Positions 40,324-49,683 of a stretch of 64,000 nucleotides of DNA are shown one piece after another. The translations under genes and the position numbers were made by a program. Each line of letters starts with the position of its first letter. Position 1 is the stretch's first letter. This DNA comes from Alphaproteobacteria bacterium HGW-Alphaproteobacteria-6 (GTDB lineage: Bacteria; Pseudomonadota; Alphaproteobacteria; Rhodobacterales; Rhodobacteraceae): contig PHEC01000001.1 in the NCBI GenBank assembly GCA_002841115.1, positions 39-64,038 on the forward strand. The letters are read 5' to 3'. The notes under the pieces were generated by a model, which searched no databases, was not told where the DNA came from, and saw only the letters and a list, made by a program, of their open reading frames with translations.

Positions 40324-41202
40324 ATGTCAAACGGTGATGGTCATGTTTTCAGAACAAACGCATTTTCATGTTCAACAACTCCGCTCATAACTTGCTTCAA
40401 AGAAACAGAAATCTCGTCGGCGACCGGGTTCTTCTATTCGCATAAGGATGAAGTATATTTGGTCACGAATTGGCACGTTGTATCTGGGAGACACGCCGAC
40501 AACCTAAAACCCCTCGACGACAAGCACGGCGCACTTCCAGACTCTCTTATAGTCCCGCTTCCAATCGCAGCGGTGCGGAGTATCCCAAAACCCATGATGG
40601 CGAAAGATCCGCAAAAAGTCCCATTGTACGAGGACACGGGCAAATCGGATGCGCCGGAAAGGCCTCTCTGGCTCATGCACCCAATATTTAGAAACTTGGT
40701 CGACGTGGCGGTTCTTCACCTACCCCTAAATGAGAAGGAAAAGCCCGGATTTCTCTCAATCTCAGTTAACTCATTGGAAAGAATTCCGGACTTAGAACTA
40801 GCCGTTGCAACTAGTGTTTTCGTTCTGGGCCATCCACGTGGCATAGGTAGCAAAACTCCAACCAAGATTCCCATTTGGAAGCGAGCCAGCGTTGCAAGCG
40901 AACCAGATTTCAACTGGGACAACGTTCCATGCTTTCTTATCGACAGTGCGACAAGAGAAGGAATGTCAGGGGCACCAGTTATCGGATGGCATCGAGGCCT
41001 TGGGTACCCAAAACAAGGCGGGAGCATCGGCGGCAAAACGATTTCCGGCGGGCGCTTTTTTGGTATCTATTCAGGAAGGCTTGGCGGTGACGAATTTTTA
41101 GCTCAGCTTGGAAGGGTATGGAAGGCGCCGGTTATAACGGAAATAATAGAAGGGAATGTACGCGGGGAAAGCTCGTTCTTTATGAGCGAAAAGAAAAACT
41201 AG
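40324..41202 (+). CDS. Trypsin-like serine protease, low GC, probably horizontally acquired
   Basis: ATGFF..YLVTNWHVV (His), VDVAVL (Asp), LGHP, REGMSGAPV (Ser), GIYSG; AT-rich codons; no signal peptide seen. Confidence 0.8.
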   Translation: MSNGDGHVFRTNAFSCSTTPLITCFKETEISSATGFFYSHKDEVYLVTNWHVVSGRHADNLKPLDDKHGALPDSLIVPLPIAAVRSIPKPMMAKDPQKVPLYEDTGKSDAPERPLWLMHPIFRNLVDVAVLHLPLNEKEKPGFLSISVNSLERIPDLELAVATSVFVLGHPRGIGSKTPTKIPIWKRASVASEPDFNWDNVPCFLIDSATREGMSGAPVIGWHRGLGYPKQGGSIGGKTISGGRFFGIYSGRLGGDEFLAQLGRVWKAPVITEIIEGNVRGESSFFMSEKKN

Positions 41203-41217
41203 TATTACCATCAAGAT

Positions 41218-41278
41218 GCCAGCCCGCGAAAGTTTTCGCGGGCGTTCGACGCTGAAAACGCTCCACTGGAGCGTTTTC
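41218..41278 (-). repeat. Fifth hairpin repeat unit, in inverted orientation
   Basis: Minus strand reads GAAAACGCTCC-AGT-GGAGCGTTTTC..GAACGC-CCGCGAAAACTTTCGCGG-GCTGG. Confidence 0.8.
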
Positions 41279-41304
41279 TCCCCGGTCAATGCCGGGGCCG
41301 CGCC

Positions 41305-43104
41305 TCACCCATCCATCTTCAACGCACTTATAAACGCGCTCTGCGGAATCTCCACCTTGCCGAACTGCCGCATCTTCTTCTTGCCGGCCTTCTGCTTGTC
41401 CAGCAACTTCCGTTTCCGCGTCGCGTCCCCACCATAGCACTTGGCCGTCACGTCCTTCCTCATCGCCGACAGGGTTTCCCGCGCGATCACCCGGGCGCCG
41501 ATCGCCGCCTGGATCGGGATCTTGAACATGTGGCGCGGGATCAGGTCCTTCAGCTTTTCCACCATAGCCCGGCCGCGGGCCTCGGCGCGGTCGCGGTGGA
41601 CCATGATCGACAGCGCATCCACCGGCTCGTCGTTGACCAGGATCGACATCTTCACCAGGTTATCCTCGCGGTAGCCCAGCATCGCGTAGTCGAAGCTGGC
41701 ATAGCCCTTGGTCACCGATTTCAGCCGGTCATAGAAATCAAAGACCACCTCGGCCAAGGGCAGGTCATAGACCACCATGGCGCGCGACCCGGCATAGGTC
41801 AGGTCGATCTGGATGCCGCGGCGGTCCTGGCAAAGCTTCAAGACGTCGCCGAGATACTCGTCCGGCACCATGATCGTCGCCTTGATCCGCGGTTCCTCGA
41901 TGTGATCGACGTAAGTGAGGTCGGGCATGTCGGCGGGGTTGTGCAATTCGCGCACCTCGCCGTCGCGCATGTGCAGCTTGAAGACCACCGAAGGTGCGGT
42001 GGTGATCAGGTCAAGGTCGTATTCGCGTTCCAGCCGGTCGCGGACCACTTCGAGGTGCAAAAGCCCGAGAAAACCGCAGCGAAAGCCGAAACCGAGCGCG
42101 GCCGAGGTTTCCATCTCGGAGCTGAAAGAAGCGTCATTCAGCGCCAGCTTCTCGATCGCGTCACGCAAGGCCTCGAAGTCGTTGGCATCGACCGGGAAGA
42201 GGCCGCAGAAGACCACCGGTTGCGCCGGCTTGAAACCGGGCAGGGCCCGGGCGCAGGGTTTGCGTTCGTGGGTGATGGTGTCGCCGACCCTGGTATCGCG
42301 GACCTGCTTGATCGAGGCGGTGAAGACGCCGATCTCGCCCGGGCCCAGTTCGGCGATATCGACCATCTGCGGCTTCAGCACCGACAGCCGGTCGACCCCG
42401 TAAAGCGCGCCGGTCTGCATCATCGTGATCCGGTCGCCCTTGCGGATCACCCCGTCGATCACCCGGATCATCACCACGACGCCAAGGTAGGGATCATACC
42501 AGCTGTCGACCAGCATCGCCTTCAGGGGCGCGTCACGGTCGCCGACCGGTCCCGGCAGCCGGGTGACGATCGCTTCCAGCACCTCGGGGATGCCGAGGCC
42601 GGTCTTGGCCGAGATCGGGATCGCCTCGGAGGCGTCGATGCCGATCACGTCCTCGATCTCGCGCTTGACCGCATCGACATCGGCCGCCGGCAGGTCGATC
42701 TTGTTCAGCACCGGCACGATCTCGTGGCCGGCATCGATCGCCTGATAGACATTGGCCAGCGTCTGCGCCTCGACCCCCTGGGTCGCATCGACCACCAGAA
42801 GCGAGCCTTCGACCGCGCGCATCGAGCGGCTGACCTCATAGCCGAAATCGACGTGGCCCGGCGTGTCGATCAGGTTCAGCACATAGGTCTTGCCGTCCTT
42901 CGCCGGATAGTCGATGCGCACGGTATTGGCCTTGATGGTGATGCCGCGCTCGCGCTCGATATCCATGCTGTCAAGCAGCTGCTCTTTCATCTCGCGTGCG
43001 GCCACGGTTCCGGTCAGCTGGATCAGCCGGTCGGCGAGGGTGGATTTGCCGTGGTCGATATGGGCCACGATGGAGAAGTTGCGGATCTGTGAAAGCTCGG
43101 TCAT
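41305..43104 (-). CDS. lepA: Translation elongation factor 4
   Basis: [39 protein letters not shown]. Confidence 0.98.
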   Translation of the reverse strand: MTELSQIRNFSIVAHIDHGKSTLADRLIQLTGTVAAREMKEQLLDSMDIERERGITIKANTVRIDYPAKDGKTYVLNLIDTPGHVDFGYEVSRSMRAVEGSLLVVDATQGVEAQTLANVYQAIDAGHEIVPVLNKIDLPAADVDAVKREIEDVIGIDASEAIPISAKTGLGIPEVLEAIVTRLPGPVGDRDAPLKAMLVDSWYDPYLGVVVMIRVIDGVIRKGDRITMMQTGALYGVDRLSVLKPQMVDIAELGPGEIGVFTASIKQVRDTRVGDTITHERKPCARALPGFKPAQPVVFCGLFPVDANDFEALRDAIEKLALNDASFSSEMETSAALGFGFRCGFLGLLHLEVVRDRLEREYDLDLITTAPSVVFKLHMRDGEVRELHNPADMPDLTYVDHIEEPRIKATIMVPDEYLGDVLKLCQDRRGIQIDLTYAGSRAMVVYDLPLAEVVFDFYDRLKSVTKGYASFDYAMLGYREDNLVKMSILVNDEPVDALSIMVHRDRAEARGRAMVEKLKDLIPRHMFKIPIQAAIGARVIARETLSAMRKDVTAKCYGGDATRKRKLLDKQKAGKKKMRQFGKVEIPQSAFISALKMDG

Positions 43105-43214
43105 GGGCGGCATATAGCCTGTCCGGCAGGGGCCGGGAAGGGGGCTCGGCGGGCGGGGTTGACGGCTGCGGCGAGTCGGGTGTCTGATACCGGCACAACC
43201 TGAGGGAGGTCGCG

Positions 43215-43412
43215 ATGAAGCTTGCCGTTCCCGACATGAGTTGCGGTCACTGCAAGACAGCAGTCGAGCGGGCGATCCAGGCCACGGATCCGTCGGCTGC
43301 GGTGCGGATCGACCTGGCGGCACGGACCGCAGAGGTGAAAAGCATCGCTCCGCGCGCGCTGATCCTGGCGGCGCTGGCCGCCGAGGGGTATCCGGCGACG
43401 CCGGCGGCCTGA
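43215..43412 (+). CDS. copZ: Heavy-metal-associated domain protein (CopZ-like copper chaperone)
   Basis: MSCGHC; RBS GGGAGG. Confidence 0.85.
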   Translation: MKLAVPDMSCGHCKTAVERAIQATDPSAAVRIDLAARTAEVKSIAPRALILAALAAEGYPATPAA

Positions 43413-43423
43413 TCCCCGACGGC

Positions 43424-44929
43424 CTATTCCGGCTTGCGCCCGCCGGCATCCAGGAACCAGTCGTCGGGATAGGGATACCACCAGCCCTGCCGCACCGGCT
43501 TGTGGTCGATGATCACCATCTTGGTGCGGCGAAAGGCGTCAAGCCCCTGCCGCCCAAGTTCGCGGCCAAGACCCGAGGCCTTCCAGCCGCCGAAGGGCAG
43601 CGCGTCATTGTCGATCATCGGGTTGTTGACCCAGACCATGCCGGCCTCCAGCCGCTCGGCCGCCTCCATCGCCTCATCCAGCCGGGTGGTGAAGACCGAG
43701 GCGCCAAGCCCGAAGGCCGAGGCATTGGCGGCGTCGATCGCCGCGTCGAAATCGGCGACCCGGCAGACCGCCGCGACCGGGCCGAAACATTCCTCGTGCA
43801 ATATGTCCATCTCCGGGGTGCAGCCGGTCAGGATGGTCGGCGCGTAGAACCAGCCGGTATCGAGCCCCTCGGGCACCCGCCCGCCGCATTCGACGCGCGC
43901 GCCTTTGGCCACCGCATCGGCGATGAGCCGCATCACCTTGTCGCGCGCCGCCTTGCTGACCAGCGGGCCGATCTCGGACCGCGCCAGCCCGTTTCCGACG
44001 CGCAGCCGCAGGGTTTCGGCGACGAAGGCGCGGACGAAATCGTCATGCACGCCGTCGACGACATAGATCCGCTCGGCCGAGGTGCAGACCTGCCCGGAAA
44101 GGTGAAAGGCCGCCGTTGCCGCCCCGGCCGCCGCGACATCGAGCGGCGCACTGTCGCAGATGATCATCGGGTCGCTGCCGCCGGCCTCGATCACCGCGGG
44201 CTTCATCCGCGCGCCGGCCGCCGCCGCCACCGCCCGCGCCGCCGCCACCGATCCGGTGAAGGCGACCGCATTGGTCGCCTCGCTGTCGACCAGGGCACGG
44301 CCGAGATCGGCGCCGCCCGGCAGGCAGGCGACCAGCCCGGCCGGCAGGTCGGCGAAGACCCGCATGAAATCGAGCGTCGACAGCGTCGTTGCCGCGGCCG
44401 GCTTCACCACACAGCCATTGCCGGCGGCAAGCGAGGCCGCGACCGTCCAGCACATCAGAAGGATCGGGAAGTTGAAGGGCATGATATGCGCCGACACGCC
44501 AAGCGGCTCATAGCGGGCATACTGGAACGACCCGGCCTGCGTCGATCCGGCGACCTTGCCGGCCTCGTCGCGGGCCATCTCGGCGTAATAGCGAAAGACC
44601 GGCGCGCAATTGGCCAGTTCGCCGATCGCCTCGGGATAGGGCTTGCCCATTTCGCGGCTCATCAGGGTGGCACAGCGGGTCAGGTCGGCCGCCTCGATCC
44701 GCGCCGCCAGCCGGTGCAGATGCGCCGCACGGGTCTTGGCATCAAGCCGGCGCCAGCCCGCCTGTGCGGCGTTCACCGCCGCCAGAACCTGCGCCAGTTC
44801 CTCGGCCGTGGTCTCGGCGATGCGGCCGACCGTCGCCAGCGTGGCGGGGTCGGTGACCACCTGCGCCACCCCGGCCGAGGGGCGGTATCCGGGGGCAAGA
44901 TAGTGGCAGGGGCGATCAGGGTCGAACAT
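43424..44929 (-). CDS. Aldehyde dehydrogenase
   Basis: [38 protein letters not shown]. Confidence 0.93.
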   Translation of the reverse strand: MFDPDRPCHYLAPGYRPSAGVAQVVTDPATLATVGRIAETTAEELAQVLAAVNAAQAGWRRLDAKTRAAHLHRLAARIEAADLTRCATLMSREMGKPYPEAIGELANCAPVFRYYAEMARDEAGKVAGSTQAGSFQYARYEPLGVSAHIMPFNFPILLMCWTVAASLAAGNGCVVKPAAATTLSTLDFMRVFADLPAGLVACLPGGADLGRALVDSEATNAVAFTGSVAAARAVAAAAGARMKPAVIEAGGSDPMIICDSAPLDVAAAGAATAAFHLSGQVCTSAERIYVVDGVHDDFVRAFVAETLRLRVGNGLARSEIGPLVSKAARDKVMRLIADAVAKGARVECGGRVPEGLDTGWFYAPTILTGCTPEMDILHEECFGPVAAVCRVADFDAAIDAANASAFGLGASVFTTRLDEAMEAAERLEAGMVWVNNPMIDNDALPFGGWKASGLGRELGRQGLDAFRRTKMVIIDHKPVRQGWWYPYPDDWFLDAGGRKPE

Positions 44930-44954
44930 CGGCAAGGGCCTTTCGGGCGCGGGA

Positions 44955-45299
44955 TCAGCGGATCATGTAGACCTTGCGGATCGTCTCATGCACCGTGCAG
45001 GTGCCCTTCCAGTCCTGCGGAAAGAAGGCGGCGGTGTCGGGTGTCACCTCGATCACCTCGCCGTTCTCGTGGACATAGGTGCAGCGCCCGGCCAGGAAAT
45101 GGCAGAATTCATCGCGGGTGACGTGGCAGAACCACTTCCCCGGCGTGCAGATCCACAGGCCGCATTCCGACTGTCCCTCCGGCCCCTTGTGCAGGACCCG
45201 GCCCGAGACATGCGACTGCCCCTCGATCATCGTCGGGATCACGCCCCAGTCGACGGTGTCGGTGATCGCCAGCGGGTCTTTCATCACAGGTGTCGTCAT
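44955..45299 (-). CDS. Cupin domain protein (DUF861/Cupin_3)
   Basis: CGLWICTPG, DEFCHFLAG, FPQDWKG, TIRKVY. Confidence 0.88.
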   Translation of the reverse strand: MTTPVMKDPLAITDTVDWGVIPTMIEGQSHVSGRVLHKGPEGQSECGLWICTPGKWFCHVTRDEFCHFLAGRCTYVHENGEVIEVTPDTAAFFPQDWKGTCTVHETIRKVYMIR

Positions 45300-45320
45300 C
45301 GTCGTCTCCCGGGCGGCCGG

Positions 45321-45680
45321 TCAGGCCAGCATGTAAAGGTTGCGGATGGTCTCGTGGATCTCGGCGCGGCCGGTCCAGCCGGCGGGAAAAAGCACACAGG
45401 TGCCGGGGCCGACCTCGATCGTCTCGCCGTCGTCGCGAGTATAGGTGGCACGGCCGGCGACGAAGTGGCAGAACTCGTCACGCGGGATCGCAAGGCGCCA
45501 GCAGCCCGGCGTGCAGACCCAAAGCCCGGTCTCGGGCTGCCCGCCCGGCCCCTTGAACAGCAGCCGCCCGGTAGAGCGTGACCCGGCCACGACCGCGTCG
45601 GGCTGTTCGCCCCAGTCGGCCAGATCGTCGTAAGTGCCCGCGCCGTGGATATGCGGCGCCGAGGATGCAAGATCGGTCAT
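45321..45680 (-). CDS. Cupin domain protein (DUF861/Cupin_3), paralog
   Basis: TGLWVCTPG, DEFCHFVAG, FPAGWTG, TIRNLY. Confidence 0.88.
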   Translation of the reverse strand: MTDLASSAPHIHGAGTYDDLADWGEQPDAVVAGSRSTGRLLFKGPGGQPETGLWVCTPGCWRLAIPRDEFCHFVAGRATYTRDDGETIEVGPGTCVLFPAGWTGRAEIHETIRNLYMLA

Positions 45681-46957
45681 GCGCCGGCCAGCCGTTCCAG
45701 AAGGTCGGCGGCCTTCTTCGGTCCGTCCTGCGCCTGCATCTGCGCCGAGGTCGCCGCCAGCCGCGCCCGGATCGCCGGATCGCTCAGGCAGGTCTCGATC
45801 TTCGCCAGTAGCCCTGCGTCGTCCCAGTCATAGCGCGGGCTGCGGAAACCATGGCCGGTCTCTTCGACCCGCATCGCGTTGTCGTGGCCGTCCCAGACAT
45901 AGGCCATGATGATCGCCGGCTTGCCGAAGTAGAGGCATTCGGTGAACGAGTTGTTGCCGCCGTGATGGATCACGCAATCGACCTGCGGGATCACCGAGGG
46001 CTGCGGGAACCAGCTTTCGATGATGACGTTGCCGGGGATGTCGTCATACTGCTCCTTGTAGTCGCCGACATTGACCAGCGCGCGGAAGCGCGAGCGTCCG
46101 ACCACCCCGATCAGCCGCTTCAGCAGATCGGTATCGCCGGCGCCGAGGCTGCCGAAGGAAATGTAAAGGAGCGGCCCGTCATTGTTCCTGGCGAAGGTCG
46201 GCACCTGATAAGGCGCCTCCTTGCGCACGCAGCCTTCCAGATACTGGAACCGCGCCGGGTCGAGCGGTTCGGCACGGCGGAACTTCACCGGCTCGGGGTA
46301 AAGTAGAAGGTTGAGGAAGGGCGAGGCCTCGAAGAACTGCCCCAGCGGATAGGGCGCCTCGCCGCGTTCGCCGAGAAAGGCGTTGAAATCGTCGTGGATC
46401 GGCCGGATGACGCGGTTGAAACGCTCGCGGAACGCGCGGTGGCCCTCGTGGTCATGCTCGCTCATCCCCGACAGATGCGGCGGGATCGCCTCGTCCTCGA
46501 TCTCGTTTTCCGAGCACGAGATGATCCGCACCCAGGGCTTGCCGAACTGCTTGATCGCCGGAAACAGGATCACGTTATCGACGCAGATCACATCCGGCCT
46601 GATCCGGTCCAGCACGCCCGGCAGGTCCTTTTCGGCCCATTTCGCGCTGTCGACGATCGCCTCCCAGCAATCCTTGACGTAATTGTCGATCTGGTCGATC
46701 GGCGCCTTGCGGAAGTTGGGGATATGGCCGTTGATGAAATCCTCCCAGAATTTCGCCATCTGTTCGGGCGGCATCGGCGCGGACAGGTTGACCGGATGCG
46801 CCTCAAACCCGTAGCCCTCGTAGACCGGAACGAAGCCGGGGTCGGACAGGAACACCGCCTTGTGGCCGCGTGCCACCACCTCTTGCGCGATGCCGACGGA
46901 ATTCAGCGCCGGGCCATAGGCCGCTTCGGGAAAGAAGGCAAAGGTCTTTGCGCTCAT
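45677..46957 (-). CDS. GT1 (MGT/UDP-glycosyltransferase-like) glycosyltransferase
   Basis: YISFGSLG, WFPQPSV, IHHGGNNSFTECLYFGKP, WDGHDNA. Confidence 0.85.
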   Translation of the reverse strand: MSAKTFAFFPEAAYGPALNSVGIAQEVVARGHKAVFLSDPGFVPVYEGYGFEAHPVNLSAPMPPEQMAKFWEDFINGHIPNFRKAPIDQIDNYVKDCWEAIVDSAKWAEKDLPGVLDRIRPDVICVDNVILFPAIKQFGKPWVRIISCSENEIEDEAIPPHLSGMSEHDHEGHRAFRERFNRVIRPIHDDFNAFLGERGEAPYPLGQFFEASPFLNLLLYPEPVKFRRAEPLDPARFQYLEGCVRKEAPYQVPTFARNNDGPLLYISFGSLGAGDTDLLKRLIGVVGRSRFRALVNVGDYKEQYDDIPGNVIIESWFPQPSVIPQVDCVIHHGGNNSFTECLYFGKPAIIMAYVWDGHDNAMRVEETGHGFRSPRYDWDDAGLLAKIETCLSDPAIRARLAATSAQMQAQDGPKKAADLLERLAGA

Positions 46958-47961
46958 CGGGCGTTCTCCTCGGTGAAGGTGCGGGTATCGGCATGGTTCC
47001 AGCCCAGCGTGACGGCGTCGCCCTCGGCCACCGGCCGGCGGTCGGCCGCATCCGAGGTCAGGCGCACCAGAAGCGGGCGCGGCGACAGCGCGGTCTGGAC
47101 ATGCAGTTGCAGGTCAAGCCCGTGATAGGCGCGCGCGATGACGCGGCCATCGGTGGTGGTGTCGGCGGTATCGGGGAAAAGCCGGATCCGTTCGGGGCGG
47201 ATCGCCAGGGTCCGGCCGCCGCCCGCGTCGATGAAGTTCATCACCCCGATGAAATCGGCGGCGAAGCGGTCGACGGGATGTTCATAGACCTCGTGCGGGG
47301 TGCCGCATTGCAAGAGCCGGCCGTCCTTCATGATGGCGATCCGGTCGGCCATGACCAGCGCCTCGTCCTGATCATGGGTGACGACGATGAAGGTGATGCC
47401 GACCTCGTGCTGCAACCGCTTCAGTTCAAGCTGCATCGCCGCGCGCAGCTTCTTGTCGAGCGCGCCGAGCGGCTCGTCGAGCAACAGCAGCCGCGGCCGC
47501 TTGATCAGCGCGCGCGCCAGCGCCACGCGCTGACGCTGGCCGCCAGACAGCTGATCGGGGCGGCGGTCGGCCAGCCCGTCAAGCTCGATCACCGACAGCA
47601 TCCCGGCAACCCGGTCGGCGATCTCGGCGCGCGGCCGGCGCTCCATCTCCAGCCCGTAGGCGATGTTGGCGCGCACGCTCATGTGCGGGAAAAGCGCGTA
47701 GGACTGGAACATCAGGTTGACCGGCCGGCGGTTCGGCGCCACCCGCGCGATGTCCTGCCCATCGAGCAGGATCTGCCCGGTGTCCGGCGTCTCGAAGCCG
47801 GCAAGCATCCGCAACAGCGTGGTCTTGCCCGAACCGGAGGCGCCGAGAAGCGCGAAGAATTCGTTGCCGGCGACATCGAGCGTCAGGTCGCGCACCGCCG
47901 CCACCCGGCCGAAGCTTTTCGACAGGCCGCGGAGCGACAGCAGCGGCGCGGGCGTGGTCAT
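46954..47961 (-). CDS. Polyamine-type ABC transporter ATP-binding protein (PotA-like)
   Basis: GASGSGKTT, LSGGQRQR, DEPLGALDKKLR. Confidence 0.92.
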   Translation of the reverse strand: MTTPAPLLSLRGLSKSFGRVAAVRDLTLDVAGNEFFALLGASGSGKTTLLRMLAGFETPDTGQILLDGQDIARVAPNRRPVNLMFQSYALFPHMSVRANIAYGLEMERRPRAEIADRVAGMLSVIELDGLADRRPDQLSGGQRQRVALARALIKRPRLLLLDEPLGALDKKLRAAMQLELKRLQHEVGITFIVVTHDQDEALVMADRIAIMKDGRLLQCGTPHEVYEHPVDRFAADFIGVMNFIDAGGGRTLAIRPERIRLFPDTADTTTDGRVIARAYHGLDLQLHVQTALSPRPLLVRLTSDAADRRPVAEGDAVTLGWNHADTRTFTEENAR

Positions 47962-48749
47962 GGCGCCACCATCCCGCCGCGGTTCAGCCGCTGCGCCAGC
48001 GTCAGCGCGATCAGGCTGACCCCCATCACCAGCGCCGCCAGCGCGTTGATCTCGGGCGTCACGCCAAAGCGGATCATCGCGAAGATCTGCATCGGCAGCG
48101 TGGTCGATGCGCGCCCGGCGCCGGCGGTGAAGAAGGCGATGATGAACTCGTCGACCGACAGCGTGAAGGCCAGAAGCGCCCCGGCGATCACCGCCGGCAT
48201 CAAGACCGGCAGCACCACCCGGCGCAGCGTCGTCAGCCCCGAAGCCCCCAGATCCTGCGAGGCCTCGACGATCGACCAGTCGAAGGATTTCAGCCGCGCG
48301 CGGACCACCGAACAGACAAAGGCCAGGTTGAAGACGACATGGGCCATGATGATCGTGTGCAGCCCCATGGTGATGCCCGCCAGCGAGAAGAAGCTGAGCA
48401 GGGCGATCGCCAGAACGATGTCGGGGATGATCATCGGCGCGAAGATCAGCGCCTCGAGCGCGCGGCCACGGCGGCGGCGCTGCTCGACGCCGAGCGCCAG
48501 CAGCGTGCCGAGAGCCGTGGCGATGGCGGTCGAGACCAGCGCGACCTTCAGCGTATTGGCCGCCGCCGACAGGATGTCGCTGTTGTGCCAAAGGGCGGCA
48601 TACCAGCGCAACGAGACACCGCGCCAGACCGTCGGCAGCCCGCTTTCGTTGAACGACAGCGCCACCAGCACCGAGATCGGCACATAAAGGAATGCCAGAA
48701 CCGCCGCCAGGATCGCCAGCATCAGGGGGGCATTGGCGCGCCTATCCAT
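47958..48749 (-). CDS. Polyamine-type ABC permease (PotC-like)
   Basis: EASQDLGA, FTLSVDEF, TPEINA. Confidence 0.92.
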   Translation of the reverse strand: MDRRANAPLMLAILAAVLAFLYVPISVLVALSFNESGLPTVWRGVSLRWYAALWHNSDILSAAANTLKVALVSTAIATALGTLLALGVEQRRRRGRALEALIFAPMIIPDIVLAIALLSFFSLAGITMGLHTIIMAHVVFNLAFVCSVVRARLKSFDWSIVEASQDLGASGLTTLRRVVLPVLMPAVIAGALLAFTLSVDEFIIAFFTAGAGRASTTLPMQIFAMIRFGVTPEINALAALVMGVSLIALTLAQRLNRGGMVAP

Positions 48750-49605
48750 CCTGCGGCCCTCCGGTCGCCCCGCCTGTGGCCCGATCCGAGGCCAGCGTCT
48801 GAAGCATCAAGAGCCCGGTCATCAGCGCGATCAGCACCATCGACAGCGCCGCGCCGAAGGGCCAGTCGTTGGCGGTCAGGAACTGCGCATAGACGACATT
48901 GCCGATCATCTGGAACTGCCCGCCGCCCAGCAGCGCCGGGGTGACGAAATTGCCGATCGACAGCACGAAGACAAAGACCCCGCCGGCGACCACGCCGGGC
49001 AGGGTCAGGGGCAGCGTCACCCGGCGGAAGGTGGTCCAGCCCGAGGCGCCGAGATCGCGCGAGGCCTCGGCGATCTCGGGGTTGAGCCGGGCCAGCGGCG
49101 CATAGGTGGCAAGGATGACGAAGGGCAGGTAGTTGTAGACCAGCCCGGTGATCACCGCGCCCTCGGTATAAAGCAGCGACGGCGCCTCGCCCTCATAGCC
49201 GAGGACCCTCAGGCCCTGGGTGATCAGCCCCTCGCGGTTCAGAAGCACGATCCAGGCATAGGTGCGGATCAGGTAGTTCGACCAGAAGGGCAGCACCGCG
49301 ATGAAGAGAAGTGCCGGCTGATAGCGGCGCGGCATCGAGGCTATGGCATAGGCGGCACTGTAGCCGAGGATCACCGCGATCAGCGCCGCCAGCCCGGCGA
49401 TCCGCGCCGAATGAAGGAAGATCCCGGCATAGAGCGGGTCGAAGACCAGCGCGAGGTTTTCCAGCGTGAAGGTATATTCGACCCCGCCGTAGATGCCGCG
49501 CCGGAAGAAGGCCAGCGCCAGGATCAGCGCGCAGGGCACCACCATCAGCGCGAAAAGCCAGGCCAGCGCCGGCGCCATCAGGGCCAGGGATTTAGCCTGC
49601 CTCAT
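48742..49605 (-). CDS. Polyamine-type ABC permease (PotB-like)
   Basis: PFWSNYLIRTYAW, EASRDLGA, DWPFGAA. Confidence 0.92.
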   Translation of the reverse strand: MRQAKSLALMAPALAWLFALMVVPCALILALAFFRRGIYGGVEYTFTLENLALVFDPLYAGIFLHSARIAGLAALIAVILGYSAAYAIASMPRRYQPALLFIAVLPFWSNYLIRTYAWIVLLNREGLITQGLRVLGYEGEAPSLLYTEGAVITGLVYNYLPFVILATYAPLARLNPEIAEASRDLGASGWTTFRRVTLPLTLPGVVAGGVFVFVLSIGNFVTPALLGGGQFQMIGNVVYAQFLTANDWPFGAALSMVLIALMTGLLMLQTLASDRATGGATGGPQDG

Positions 49606-49683
49606 CGCCTCTCGCCCCCCCCCGACAGCCGCGCGGCCGGGCGCCGAAGGGTTGCCCCCGGCGCCCAGACCCGCGGTTCATGC

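Noticed and set aside
26960-41304. Integrative element or prophage between leuS and lepA
   Set aside because: No integrase, tRNA, flanking direct repeats or phage genes were seen; only accessory content can be claimed.
43140-43214. CueR operator upstream of copZ
   Set aside because: A TTGAC is present but I could not find the ACCTTCC-N7-GGAAGGT-like dyad.
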